In this document: positions 23,701-33,960 of the stretch, in pieces
How positions within the stretch are numbered: the stretch's first letter is position 1
How the letters are laid out: each line of letters begins with the position of its first letter
Source: Gracilinanus agilis
Lineage: Eukaryota
NCBI RefSeq assembly: GCF_016433145.1
Contig: NC_058131.1
Location: 610,622,645 to 610,686,644, forward strand
Reading direction: 5' to 3'
Length of the DNA: 64,000 nt
The notes under the pieces: generated by a model
Database searches by the model: none
What the model was told of the DNA's origin: nothing
What the model saw: the letters and a program-made list of their open reading frames with translations, nothing else
Made by a program: the position numbers and the translations under genes

Positions 23701-26700
23701 CTCACCATCTCCCAAGTTCATTGATAAAAACTTGGGAATCACCCCAGCCAGCAAACATCTGATGTCCTTGTCAAACAGAAAGGTATGGTAGTTAAGGGTA
23801 ATACTGGTTTAGAATATAAGCACACTGATAAAACCTTACCAATAAGGCCAGAGGAAAGTAATAAAGTAACACCACAGAAAACAGTGAGAAAGAGTATAGG
23901 GAAAAACAAACTTGAAGAAAGCTCAATGAGAGACCCAATTAAGCCCTGCCATCCCTAGTGCATTTAAGACCGAAAAAAGAGACAACAAATGGAAAAGATA
24001 TTTAAAGATTTCTATAAGTTCTCTGATCTATCAATGACAGTGGGTCTACCAAATTTAGATTCTTAATGTCACAATCTCTTCTGTTCTGCATAAGGAAGTA
24101 GGAAAAAAAAAAGGTGGGAAGAACAGCTGGAAAAGACCAAGTATGTATGGGATTTTCAGAATGAAACACTTTTGAGGGCACTGATGGATCAATTCAAGAT
24201 ATGTGAAAGAGGAAAAGATACCAGAAACTTTGGGGGGTAAATTCAGACTTTATTATTACCAAAAAAAGAAGACTGAGAAAATATCATTAACTACCATTCC
24301 ATATGCCTACTTTCTTATCTCTACAAAATCTTTATGAGAATAACATACACATAGCAAGGATATTCTTGACAAAGGTTTGAAAAAAGTACAGGCAGGCTTT
24401 CAGAAATGAAATTCTATAGCAGATCACATCCCTATCATGATACAACAAATGGTGAAGATCACCATGCTTACTGTTTGCTGATTAGATAAAGGCATTTGAT
24501 TTTATAGAACAAAATATCACCTTAAGACCTCTCCTACAGCAAGATGTCTTCTATACGTCATGTCAAAATCATATTCAATTCCTTCAAAGATGTAAAGATA
24601 GAAGTAACTTTGTTCAGGATCCTGTATTGTTTATATTAATTAAGGAAAATCAGAGACAAAAACTCACCAAAGGTATTTGCCATGGTAGCTGGACCCAATC
24701 AAAAGAGAAGAAAAATTCCCTACAGAAGATAAAGACTTCCAGATGTTCTTATTTACAAATGATATTGTACTGACTGCATGAAACCCAGGCACAGCATACA
24801 GCCCTCTAAATGAGATCAGAATGTTACAAGAATGTGCATTGCCCAGACTATGCTATACATAGGATAGATAAATAATAGAGCAGGCCCCTAGGTATATATA
24901 TCTTTGACAGACATTGTGGATAGATAGATACTGAGTGAAGCAAAAACTGAACAAGAAGAGAAGGGTAAGCAACTTATGAGAACTGTACTGTACTTTTTAT
25001 TAATTAATCAACATGTCATTTATCAAGTGTCTACTAGCATATGCAAGGCCCCATGTTAAGCACTGGAAATACAAAGACAAAAGTGAAACTATTCCTGCTT
25101 TCAAGAAGCTCATAATCTTTTTAAGTAGATACAAAATGTGACACATAAGATACAAAATGAATATAAAATAGAAACAATATAATCTCGAGGGGAAGACCAC
25201 CTCCGAGAGGATCAGCCTTCACACTCCACTAGAATCCTCACTAAGAAAAGAAATCTGGAGGAAGCCTCTTAAAACACTGGGTGGAACACCAATGAGGGAT
25301 TAAAGGGGGGAAATGGTCAAAGACTATAAAGTGAGGCAGAGATGGGCTGCCGGATGATCTACATCACTGGAGGGAGTCCTTACGTTAATGAGATTCAGGA
25401 TCCAAAGGCACCCAAGTTTCCTAAAGAGAAGGCATACTAGTGTTTAGGGTGGGAAATTCATGGTGCAAAAAATGTCTTAAGTCATTAAAAAACAGTGATG
25501 TCATCAGAAAAATGTCTCATCCCTTCTAAGTTCTATGAGAGAGAATAACAACACTTTCCCCCAAACACCATGAGACAGAATAGGCTGGGTGCATTTCTAT
25601 CCATTGTGCCACTTATATTTTCAGGTTTCCATGAAGAAGAGCCACAGAGAAGTTCTGGATAAAGAATGACTTTTAGGAAGCAGAAACCAAACCGAGAAGG
25701 GTTCCAGTTGCCTTCTGAGACACCAAAGAGTCAGGACTGATCACAACAGAGATCAGGGAATCAAACAGTCATGATCAGATCTGTGATATTCCAAAAACAT
25801 TATTCTAATAAAAAATCTTCAAGAGTTCCCCATTGCCAAAGGATAAACAAAATACAGCCAGCCTGGTTTTTAACCCTCTAAAAGCTGACTCACACCAACC
25901 TTTCCAGTTTGATCTCATTGTTATACTCACTATTTTGGGCAAACTGGCTTCCTCATTGTTCCCACACACTATATTCCATCTCCCACCTTCACATCTTTAA
26001 ATAAGTGGTTCCTTACTTATGTAATGGCCTCTTATGGAATGGGCTCTCTTCTCACCTCTCTACCCCTCAGAATCCTTCAAAGCACAACTCAAGCCCTAAA
26101 CCCAGCAACAAAACCTTCCCTTACCCCCGCAGCTATGAGCTTTCTCTCCCTTTTGAAATGTGTTTGGATTATATTTTACAGACATTTTACAGATTTACTT
26201 GTGTATTTGCCATATCCCTTCAATAGGGAGTATTCTCCTTGAGGACAAGAATGTTAATTTTCCTTTTTGTATCCTCAATACTTAGCACAGTACCCTGTCT
26301 ATAACAGATACTTAATAAATGTTCAGTAAATTAAATTAAATTGTACCTAAACTTCATAAGGAACCAGCAGAGTACAGCTCTCCCAGTCATGGAGAGAGAG
26401 GTCCAGAAGTCTTAGCCAGCCAGGAGGCCAAGAATCACAGAAGCCTTTAAGAAAGATTCATCAGGCACACAAGTGAGTCAGATTTCATTCATAACCAGGA
26501 TGAGAAATGAGCCCAGCACCCACAAAAGGGTACAATCAGTATGGAGTCTATAACTACAATGAAAAGTTAGAAATAATGAAACAACCTGCTGAATCAAGGA
26601 TTAGTGAGAAGGAAATACAAGACTAAGTCCAGTTTGCCAATAATATAATATATTATTATATTAAGGCAGATTTCTATGTTTTACTTAGTATCTATTATGT

Positions 26701-29700
26701 GCCAGATGCCAGGAGCTGGGAATACAAATTTTTTAAAAGCATTTAAGTGGGGCAGATAGGTGGCTTAGTGGATAGAGAGCCAGGTCTATACAACTGTTAA
26801 GCCTTGGGGACTGCAGTGCCTTCAGCATAGGTTGCAGTGGTGAAAAGAGAAACACTCCTTGCAGAGTGTCCTCTCATAAATTCAGATCAAGGGAATCCAG
26901 TCAGTATGCTGAGAGGCCTTCCTCACTTTGTCCTTACATCATGAGGGAGGAGTCCATTAGCACACTTTGGCTGTCTATTATTCCTAATTATTGCCATGGA
27001 ACAAGCCCATCTTCTTTTATGGTGATGCATTTCTCTGATCGTATCCTTTATTTATAATTCTTTGAATTTTTTTATTTATGTTACAGCCTGCTCACATTTA
27101 CCATGTATCTTTCTAAACCCTCTGTGATACTTATTTTAAATTCTTCAGACTATAAGTTTCTAAAGTCATTTGAAAACACGAGAATATAGATGTTAAAAAG
27201 GATGGATGTTTGTTTCTGAGAGAAATATGAAATCATTAAAGGAACTCTGCAGTTTCCTGAAGACAATTAATCAATCAACCAACAAAAACTTATTAAGTGC
27301 CTATTATGTGCCTGGCAATCAAGGCTACTCTTCGCCTCCTCCTGTTTAATTCTGGGTCCAATTCATCATCCATTTGTACTGTCTGTTCCAGACAGACAAG
27401 CTATATAGGCTATAAATCTAAGTGCATGTCACAATCTGAGCAGTAGACATTATTCATCCACTTGGTTTTTCCTATGTATATGGTTAGGGCAGATGCTTGA
27501 GTGGTTACAGATCTCTTCTACAATGCTCTATAACTGCAGTGTCAGACTCAAATAGAAATGGGGTCTCTAAATCATATCTATAATAATCCCTATGGGCCAC
27601 ATATTGACTTAGAAAAACTACATATTAACATTTTCTGTTTTATTGCATTTTTATTTATTTTCTTAACTATTTCCCAGTTATGTTTTAATCTGACTCCAGT
27701 TGTACTCAGGAGTATGGTGGACTTACATGAATTTGACACCTCTATAATACAGAGTTCTTGGGCTTGATGCAGGAATATGCTGGCAAATGTTAACAACCAG
27801 CTCTCTGAGAAAAAAAATGTAATACGCTCTTAAGCTTAATTGGTACTACTTGTGTTTTCTCCACTATTTTAAGTCTAGACAATCAACAAAGCAATAAGTC
27901 AAGTGTGATTTGTAGCATTTGTTCATCTCTGAAGTGTAAATGTTCATCCTGAAAATTTAACAGTTTGCTCCTTTAAGTCTGTACAAGCTAGCTCTAGTAT
28001 CTATCTGGAGTGTGTGAATGCTGGATGCAACCAGGACCATGTAATTTGTGCATTGAATCAAAAATCTATAGGATCTCACTTAAATCCTCTTCAAGACATT
28101 ATTCTGGATCACCTCAGATACTTACTGGCTGTGCAGATAAAAATCACTTAATCTGTTTTCATTAACTTCCTGAGCTATAAAATGGAGATGATAACAATAA
28201 GCACCTATTTCCCAGGATTCTTGTAAGGATCAAATGAGATAACCTTTGTAAAGCACAGTACCTGGAACACAGTAGGCTCTATATAAATAAATGCTTCTTC
28301 TCTTCCCTTTCCTTCCCCAAGATGGTGGCAAGCATCAGTTTCCTTGTTTTATGTCTCACCTGGTAACCTGGTATTTGCAATCAGAGGATTATAGAACAAG
28401 GTTATTTTTCTAATGTTCTATTTCAGGGAATTTTGAATAATTTTAATAAATGGATGGAAGACACTTTGATTGAAAACGGTCTTTAAGGTAGCATTTTACT
28501 TGGTCAAATCAAATATTTCAGAAATAATCAACAGACAATATACACAGTGGGAGCTCATTCACTGCATCTTTCAGTCAATTGTGTCATGGTAAGGATAAAC
28601 TTCATTATAAAATATCACTTGCAAAAGACTAACTGATTTCATATTAATGTTCTCATTGAGGATGCCCTTAATACATCCTTATAAAAATTTTCTATAGATG
28701 GGAAATTGGGTAGATGTTTTTGTGACACCTTCCTCTCTGTCTCTCTGTCTCTGTCTTTCACTCTATCTCTCTGTTTTTCTTTCTCCTGGTTTTCCTTCTC
28801 CTATCTTCCCAACCCCTCATTCTCAGACTTCTTTGCCAACTCTTCCTCCATGGCATGCCCTCTAACCAAGGCTCTCTGATAGGTTGTTTTCTCTTTTTGC
28901 TCTAAGCTATCTTTTTCGTTACCTCATCAGCTCCCATGAATTTGATCACCATCTCTGGGCAGACAATTCTCAGATCTTTATAACTACCTCCGGTTTTCCT
29001 CTTGAATTAGTCTCATATCATTAATTGTTTTTTGGATATCTTTAATTACATGTCACACTGACATCTCAATTCCAATATAACCAAAATAGAACTTATCTTC
29101 ACCCCCCAAACCTTTCCTTCTTCTTCTTGTCAAGGACACTATCATTTTTCCATTCAGGCTCACACAAAATATATCATTCTCAATTCTTAATTCATGCTCA
29201 TCCAATATATTCAACCCATTGCCAAATCTTGTCTTTTTTGCCTTTACAATGTGTCTCTATATTCATCTTCTTTTCTCTACTCCCTTATCATCTCACACCT
29301 GGGCTCCGGTAACAGTCTTATGATTGGTTTCCTTGCTTCTAATCCTTTCCCATTCCACTGAGCCTTACTCAGTTAGCTGTAAAGGTGATTTTTCTAAAGT
29401 ATGACTATTTCACTTTTCACTGCCTCTCCTACTCAGTAAGCTCCAGTAGGTCCCTATTACCTCTAGGATCAAATCTCAAATCTTTAGTCTGGCATTTAAA
29501 GTTCTTCATAACTTGGTTCCTTCCTGCATTTTCAATCTTTAAACATTTTACTCCCACACTCCATGGACCAGGGACATTGGATTACTTGCATTTCCTCAAA
29601 CAAGACACTTCATCTCCATACCTGACTGTTCCCCATGCCTGAAATGTTCTGTACCCTCACCTCCACTTCTTAGGTTTCTCTAGTTTTGTTCTAAATTTAG

Positions 29701-32424
29701 CTCAAATCTGACCTTCTACAGGAGCTCTTTACTTGTTTGCCCAACCCCTCCAGCTAGTTCTTTCTTCTCTAATATTATCTTCTATCTACTACGTATATAT
29801 CTTCTAAGGTACCTGGTTTTTATGTTGTTTCCCCCATTAGAATATAAACTTCTTAAAACAGTTATAATCTTTTTGCTTTTCTTTGTATCCCCAGTATTTG
29901 GAACACTGTTTAGGACATAGGAAATGCTTCATATGCTTGTTGTCTGACTGCGTGGATGAGCTCTAGATTTGTTGTTTTAGTGCAATTCTGACATTTATTA
30001 AGCACCTACTATTTGCCAAGTATTGTGCTACGCCCTGAGAATACAAAAAAAAAAAAAAAAACAAACCCAAAAGCCTCTGTCCTTAAGGAGCTTACATTCT
30101 CCTGGCAAGATACTTCAGGTACAGAAGATCCACATATAAGGGAATACAAAGATCATCTGAGGAAAGAAAGAGTACTAAGACTGGGAAGGAATAGGAGAGA
30201 GGAGGTAAGGGAGTGACAGGTAGAGGAGAGGCTTGCTAGAGGAAGTGGACCCTGAGCTAAATCTTGAAGTTAAGGATTCTAATGAGTAGAGGCAAATAAA
30301 GGGGCACAAAGGTACACAGATGGTGTAGAGCAGTATAGTTTAAGTACTCTTTGAAAGTATAGACAAAAAAGCAGTGCAGAAACTAGGGGGAGGAATAATC
30401 ACTACTGGGCTAACATGTCAATTCAGGGTAAGTACATCCATTTATGGGGTGCCCCTAGATTTGTATTTCATAGACTTGCTTAAAGATCTGAAGATGCAGT
30501 TACAAAATTCATTACAAAATGTGGGTGAAGAAGCTTTCTGCTGCTTCTGGGTTACTCTGTTTTGTTTCGAGGGGACCACTGTTTAGTACAGTCAGAAATA
30601 TTTCCTTCCTTTTTCCTCTAAATTATATCCTGGGTTCCTCCAACCCAGGGCATTAAGGAGTCAGTCACCTTTGATGCATCTCCATCAGAGATACTTTCTG
30701 AAGAAAAAAAAAACCAGAAACAAAAAACTAAAGTTGAACAGAACAATGGATTTGAAGTCAGAAGACCCTGATTTTGAATCCCAGTTCTGTCCCCTGAACA
30801 GAAGAATGATACTAAAGAAGTGACTGGGTCACAGAATTTAGAGCTGCAAGGGATCTTGAGGATCATCTAGTTGAATCTCTTCATTTTACAAAAGGAAACT
30901 AAGGCTCAGTAAGGGGAAATGATTGCCCAGAGTAAGGTAAGTTGTAACTAGCAGACCTCTAACTACAAACCCATTGCCCTTTCTTTCCTCTGCTATTTTC
31001 CTACTTCCCCAACCTGAGCCTCAGTTTCCTCAGCCATGACATGGATAATGAGGCTTGTGATACCTACCTCATAAGACTTAGGAGAAAATGCTTTGCAAGC
31101 TTTGTGCAGTGGCAGTATCAAGGCCAAATGAGGTTTATCTGAGGCGTAATTATCGCTAATGGAAAGTGTTTTTTTATAAACCTTAAAACACCATATAAAT
31201 GCCAGTGATTCTTGCTATCTACCTTCACACATCATGAGGATTTTAAAAAGCATTTTGACAGGAAGTTTTGCTTTAGACTCTACATTCCTTGGAGCATATA
31301 CCTCACTTGGGAAAAACAAAACAAAAGAAAAAACAACTCATTTCAGAATCCAGGTAAGAATGAGGAAATCTGTGGATGTCCCAATCAGTATCCAACAGAA
31401 ATAAGGAGGGGATCATATTGTTATCTACTAGGAAATGATTTTGCAAGACTGAGAAATGTCAGAGGAAGATATTATGTAGAGCTATTATTTCTGTAAGGCT
31501 TGGAACTAAGAGGTTTGAGGATTCAAGGCCCCAGTGGGGCTCAGAAACACATTTTTGACACAGAATTTGTTAGTCTATCTATCTCTACTCTAACCAAACT
31601 GCCAGTAATTCACAACATCTCAGCTGGGTGCCTTCTTTCTTCTCATCCCATCCCATCCCACCCCACTACAAGATCCCTAAGACACAACACACTGGCTTCC
31701 AGGACTGTTCCTTTCTGCACAGGGCCTCTCTGTTAACACAGCAACCAACTGGCTAGTGTACCTGCTAGAAGCAGAAAGGACTCCTTTGCACTTCAGATCC
31801 AGGGAAGGGTCCCTGAAGTCAACCTCAAAGATTTCCAAGGTAGCATTTGTGCTGAAGGATGCATCCAGCTGCTGGGCAGATGTTCCTAAGCACCAAGCAC
31901 AGGGAGAAGTAGAAGAAAATAAGGAAGGAGGGCAGCTTAACAGCAAGCTAAGGGCAAATCTTTACAGAGAAACACTGATATAACTGTAAGGGAAGAAAAA
32001 GAGAAGCACATCATTGAAAAGTTATTCCTCAGTGCAATGTATCCATAGTTTAAGAGTTTGAGATGCTGAGGAATCCTTTAAAAAACACAAAACGGGGGCA
32101 GCTAGGTAGCCCAGTGGATTGAGAGCCAGGCCTAGAGACAGGAGGTCCTAGGTTCAAATCCGGCCTCAGACACTTCCCAGCTGTGTGACCCTGGGCCTTG
32201 TGTCACTTGACCCCCATTGCCTACCCTTACCACTATTCTGCCTTGGAGTCAATCCAAGACTGAAGGTAAGGGTTTAAAAACAAACAAACAAACAAAAAAG
32301 CACACAAAACAAAACCACCAAGCTGCCTGCTCCTGAGGGAATCACCTGTTGCCAGATAGATCGGGTGCTGGCTGGCTGGACTCCACACCTGGACAGCAGG
32401 CCTCTCAAGTTCCTTTAGCTTCAT
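3062..32424 (-). CDS. SEC31B: SEC31 homolog B, COPII outer-coat component (complete spliced CDS, 25 coding exons, 1190 aa)
   Basis: join(-): 32346-32424, 31762-31885, 20018-20213, 19715-19810, 18492-18635, 16807-16949, 16030-16129, 15656-15817, 14767-14919, 12267-12497, 9257-9331, 8800-8895, 8431-8530, 7532-7710, 7216-7342, 6830-6975, 6257-6430, 5971-6138, 5321-5498, 4822-5139, 4488-4546, 4145-4291, 3754-3873, 3366-3437, 3062-3247. Total 3573 nt, all GT-AG, phases consistent. Starts [18 protein letters not shown]; WD40 domain, ACE1 helical region, Pro-rich region, C-terminal domain; position next to NDUFB8. Confidence 0.97.
3366..3437 (-). CDS. SEC31B: SEC31B exon 25
   Basis: 72 nt, [24 protein letters not shown]. 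Confidence 0.96.
3754..3873 (-). CDS. SEC31B: SEC31B exon 24
   Basis: 120 nt (117 with distal AG), [40 protein letters not shown]. Confidence 0.94.
4145..4291 (-). CDS. SEC31B: SEC31B exon 23
   Basis: 147 nt, [15 protein letters not shown]...[12 protein letters not shown]. Confidence 0.94.
4488..4546 (-). CDS. SEC31B: SEC31B exon 22
   Basis: 59 nt, phase 1 to 0, [20 protein letters not shown]; CCCCAACAG|G ... AAG|GTTAGC. Confidence 0.88.
4822..5139 (-). CDS. SEC31B: SEC31B exon 21 (Pro-rich region)
   Basis: 318 nt, [22 protein letters not shown]...ATSILEPQT. Confidence 0.92.
5321..5498 (-). CDS. SEC31B: SEC31B exon 20 (Pro-rich region)
   Basis: 178 nt, [11 protein letters not shown]...[11 protein letters not shown]. 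Confidence 0.92.
5971..6138 (-). CDS. SEC31B: SEC31B exon 19
   Basis: 168 nt, [30 protein letters not shown]...PLHQ. Confidence 0.94.
6257..6430 (-). CDS. SEC31B: SEC31B exon 18
   Basis: 174 nt, [12 protein letters not shown]...[21 protein letters not shown]; AAG-type acceptor. Confidence 0.95.
6830..6975 (-). CDS. SEC31B: SEC31B exon 17
   Basis: 146 nt, [48 protein letters not shown]. Confidence 0.95.
7216..7342 (-). CDS. SEC31B: SEC31B exon 16
   Basis: 127 nt, [42 protein letters not shown]. Confidence 0.96.
7532..7710 (-). CDS. SEC31B: SEC31B exon 15
   Basis: 179 nt, [35 protein letters not shown]...KSSIAS. Confidence 0.96.
8431..8530 (-). CDS. SEC31B: SEC31B exon 14
   Basis: 100 nt, [33 protein letters not shown]; weak donor AAG|GTGCCC. 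Confidence 0.92.
8800..8895 (-). CDS. SEC31B: SEC31B exon 13
   Basis: 96 nt, [32 protein letters not shown]; CTGCAG|A ... CAG|GTGTGG. Confidence 0.88.
9257..9331 (-). CDS. SEC31B: SEC31B exon 12
   Basis: 75 nt, [25 protein letters not shown] (absent from ORF track, read by hand). Confidence 0.94.
9830..11900 (+). mobile_element. L2 LINE fragment (SEC31B intron 11)
   Basis: CT-rich L2 RT remnants (CTATGCTGATGATTCTCAA, TCCAAAACAGAACTC) and L2 3' end AATAAATATTTGCTGATTGATTGA. Confidence 0.82.
10955..11148. mobile_element. Non-autonomous hAT-Charlie MITE (OposCharlie-type) inserted in L2
   Basis: TIRs CAGCGATTCCCAAA / TTTGGGAACCACTG; near-perfect TSD TCTTAGTT / T(A)CTTAGTT. Confidence 0.85.
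12267..12497 (-). CDS. SEC31B: SEC31B exon 11
   Basis: 231 nt, [11 protein letters not shown]...[10 protein letters not shown]. Confidence 0.96.
13706..13892 (-). mobile_element. Young SINE1_Mdo-like CORE-SINE (SEC31B intron 10)
   Basis: Reverse complement GGGGGCAGCTGGGTAGCTCAGTGG...GGTTCAAATC...GGTTTAAAAAAA. Confidence 0.92.
13900..14104 (-). mobile_element. Older SINE1-family copy, tandem with the previous one
   Basis: A/B boxes, CORE region, long tail AAGACAGAAAGTAAGGG. Confidence 0.88.
14683..14740. repeat. (CT)29 microsatellite preceded by a short (CA)n
   Basis: Read directly; begins 26 nt into SEC31B intron 10. Confidence 0.95.
14767..14919 (-). CDS. SEC31B: SEC31B exon 10
   Basis: 153 nt, [51 protein letters not shown]. 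Confidence 0.95.
15656..15817 (-). CDS. SEC31B: SEC31B exon 9
   Basis: 162 nt, [40 protein letters not shown]...QADK. Confidence 0.96.
16030..16129 (-). CDS. SEC31B: SEC31B exon 8
   Basis: 100 nt, [33 protein letters not shown]. Confidence 0.96.
16807..16949 (-). CDS. SEC31B: SEC31B exon 7
   Basis: 143 nt, [48 protein letters not shown]. Confidence 0.96.
17721..17923 (+). mobile_element. Young SINE1_Mdo-like SINE with (CAAA)n tail and 15-bp TSD (SEC31B intron 6)
   Basis: TSD AAAATGTAATGGTGA at 17706-20 and 17924-38; TT|AAAA L1-endonuclease site. Confidence 0.93.
17939..18183 (+). mobile_element. Older SINE1-family copy followed by (GTTT)n
   Basis: A/B boxes, CORE region, long tail. Confidence 0.88.
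18492..18635 (-). CDS. SEC31B: SEC31B exon 6
   Basis: 144 nt, [48 protein letters not shown]; CAGCAG tandem acceptor. Confidence 0.95.
19715..19810 (-). CDS. SEC31B: SEC31B exon 5
   Basis: 96 nt, [32 protein letters not shown]. Confidence 0.96.
20018..20213 (-). CDS. SEC31B: SEC31B exon 4
   Basis: 196 nt, FHKLIWG...[14 protein letters not shown] (WD repeat). Confidence 0.96.
22063..22565 (+). mobile_element. L1 3' end (marsupial L1), inserted in an L2
   Basis: GGAATATTATTGTGCTATAAGAAATGATGAA, G-rich 3'UTR, AATAAA and A tail. Confidence 0.85.
23640..24990 (+). mobile_element. Degenerate RTE-clade LINE fragment
   Basis: RT-region remnants (CAGGCAGGCTTTCAGAAA, CTCTACAAAATCTTTATGAGAATA). Confidence 0.7.
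26800..27250 (-). mobile_element. Degenerate RTE 3' fragment
   Basis: Minus strand reads IREM..KRRWA-like RTE C-terminal motif. Confidence 0.55.
27538..27745. mobile_element. Old marsupial non-autonomous DNA element (related copies at about 45938-46140 and 48456-48645)
   Basis: Shared GTGTCA(AACTC)AAATAGAAA...GGCCACATATTGA...TTTTAATCTG motif across three loci. Confidence 0.6.
27770..28010. mobile_element. Degenerate hAT (Tip100-like) DNA element
   Basis: Termini resembling CAGGAGTGTGCTGGTAAATG...GAGCTGGCTCCAGCAC, recognised from memory. Confidence 0.45.
28800..29950 (+). mobile_element. L2 LINE fragment
   Basis: Typical L2 3' half and tail. Confidence 0.78.
31762..31885 (-). CDS. SEC31B: SEC31B exon 3
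   Basis: 124 nt, [41 protein letters not shown]; TTAG|G ... CAG|GTAC. Confidence 0.96.
32094..32300 (+). mobile_element. SINE1_Mdo-like SINE in SEC31B intron 2
   Basis: GGGGGCAGCTAGGTAGCCCAGTGG...GGTAAGGGTTTAAAAA(CAAA)n. Confidence 0.92.
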
Positions 32425-32469
32425 GCTTTGTCCTATTCAGGATGAATAACAAGACTGTGTTCAAGATTC
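32346..32469 (-). CDS. SEC31B: SEC31B exon 2 (45 nt 5'UTR, then 79 nt CDS from ATG at 32424)
   Basis: Acceptor TTTCTCAG|[28 protein letters not shown], donor CAG|GTGAT. Confidence 0.95.
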
Positions 32470-33349
32470 CTGAGAAACCACACAAAAGTGCCTGGGGAAC
32501 AGACTTGACATGCACTTAAGGCCTTTTCTCTTCTTACACATCAGTATAGCAAAAACATAATGGTGATCAGGAAGTGTTCCTAAACCTTCAAGTGTGGCTC
32601 GTGTGGCTCAGCCTGCATCACTGAAAACTGCCCAAATCCACAGTTATCCTGAGGGTCACAGACCCCATGTCCTGGTTCAGCAGGCCCAGTGGAGCTCCCA
32701 TTCCCTTTCAGAAGACCAGAGGCAAGACTAAGCAAAGCCCAGGGACTATGCTGAGCAAAATCCAGACGACTAGAAAGAACCAAGGCTCTCGGGGCAGAAG
32801 GGAGAGATGTGGGATGGGGCAGACTCTGGGTCGGAAGAGAAAGGGCTTGGAATTGGACAGGACTAAAGACAACATGAGTCAGGGCAGGAGCTAGACACCA
32901 GGGGAGGCTTCTTAGGTGGGGAATCTTATGGTGAAGGGACGGGGAGGTGTCGCAGCTCATGGACAGGACAGGATAGGAGGAGAGGGAACTCCTTGGTTGT
33001 GGGGCTCTGGGTAATGGAGGTGCTCAGGTCCGAGGTTGGGCAATAAAGGAGGGGAGACTGGGGGTGGCACTAAGGGGCTCAGGTAGTGCATAGGATGTGG
33101 TGGGGAGTTTCTGGGAGGTGAGTGTATCAGACAAGGAAGCTCAGGGTCAGAGCAGTTTGAAGGGGAGGCTGTCGAGGAAGGGGCTCAGGGGTGTAGAAGG
33201 CGGTGCTCGGGGTTGGGGCTGGACAAGAGTGGGGGAGGCACCTAAGGGGTCAGAGTGACACAAGGTGGTGCACAGGGCGGGGGCTGGCCTAGATAGGGGG
33301 AAGGGAGGTCAGGGAAAGGGAGGGAAGGCTGGAGGACAGGCTCAGAGCG

Positions 33350-33960
33350 CCTCAGCCCCCTAACCCACCTGTGCCCGACAGTACCGGGTCATAGGTCAGG
33401 TCGTGGCAGAACTGGGTCAGAGGTCAAGTGAGGACTGTGAGCTCGACCACCACGGTTTCCTTTGGGGTCAGCAAGGCCCGAGCGATGGAAGCCGCTGGGA
33501 GCCAAAAACATTCCCAGAGCGAAGAGCCGGCCCTGCCCCTCGCGCATGCGTAGAGAACACTGGTGCGAGCGCCTTTAACCCTTCGGTGCCCAGCGTCCCT
33601 TCTATTTACCGTCATTTCCCAGGCAGAAGAGAACACTGAGAGTTGGACTTCTTGGGTCCCTGCGGGATTCCTGAGAGGGGCACTCATCCATGGGCCGGGG
33701 CGTTGATGTCAAGCTGGGACAGAGACAGATGAGACCTGGGCGAGGAGCCAGGAGGAGGGGGGCCAGGGACAAGGGGGCTAGGCCAGGCCAGGGCCCCGAG
33801 ATTGGGGTGGGCACATTCTGCTCCCCGGGCAGACAATGCCGAGGAGCACGGGGACCGTGAGCTTTGATGCCGGGCTGCTGTCGAGTCCGAGCTTGTAGGC
33901 AGTTGGTGGAGGCTCCGGGGTGTCTAGGGGGACTGAGATGGGGAGTTGAGACCCATTTGG
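33350..33960 (-). promoter_or_regulatory. SEC31B CpG-rich promoter with NRF1-type motif (GCGCATGCGT 33542-33551) and two DR1 elements (33386-33398, 33414-33426)
   Basis: High CpG density; motifs read directly from sequence. Confidence 0.7.
33369..33500 (-). other. SEC31B: Probable non-coding exon 1 of SEC31B (5' end approximate)
   Basis: Donor CAG|GTGGGT at 33368 inside a CpG-rich region, downstream of an NRF1-type motif and upstream of the exon 2 acceptor. Confidence 0.65.

Noticed and set aside
28427-28487. Plus-strand 61-nt exon-like segment (CTAAT...TTTCAG| ... AAG|GTAGCA) antisense in SEC31B intron 3
   Set aside because: Stops in all three frames and no partner exons found; pseudo-exons of this quality are frequent.
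3062-32424. Possibility that the gene is SEC31A or a pseudogene
   Set aside because: Sequence and neighbourhood match SEC31B; the frame is open across all 25 coding exons with canonical splice sites.
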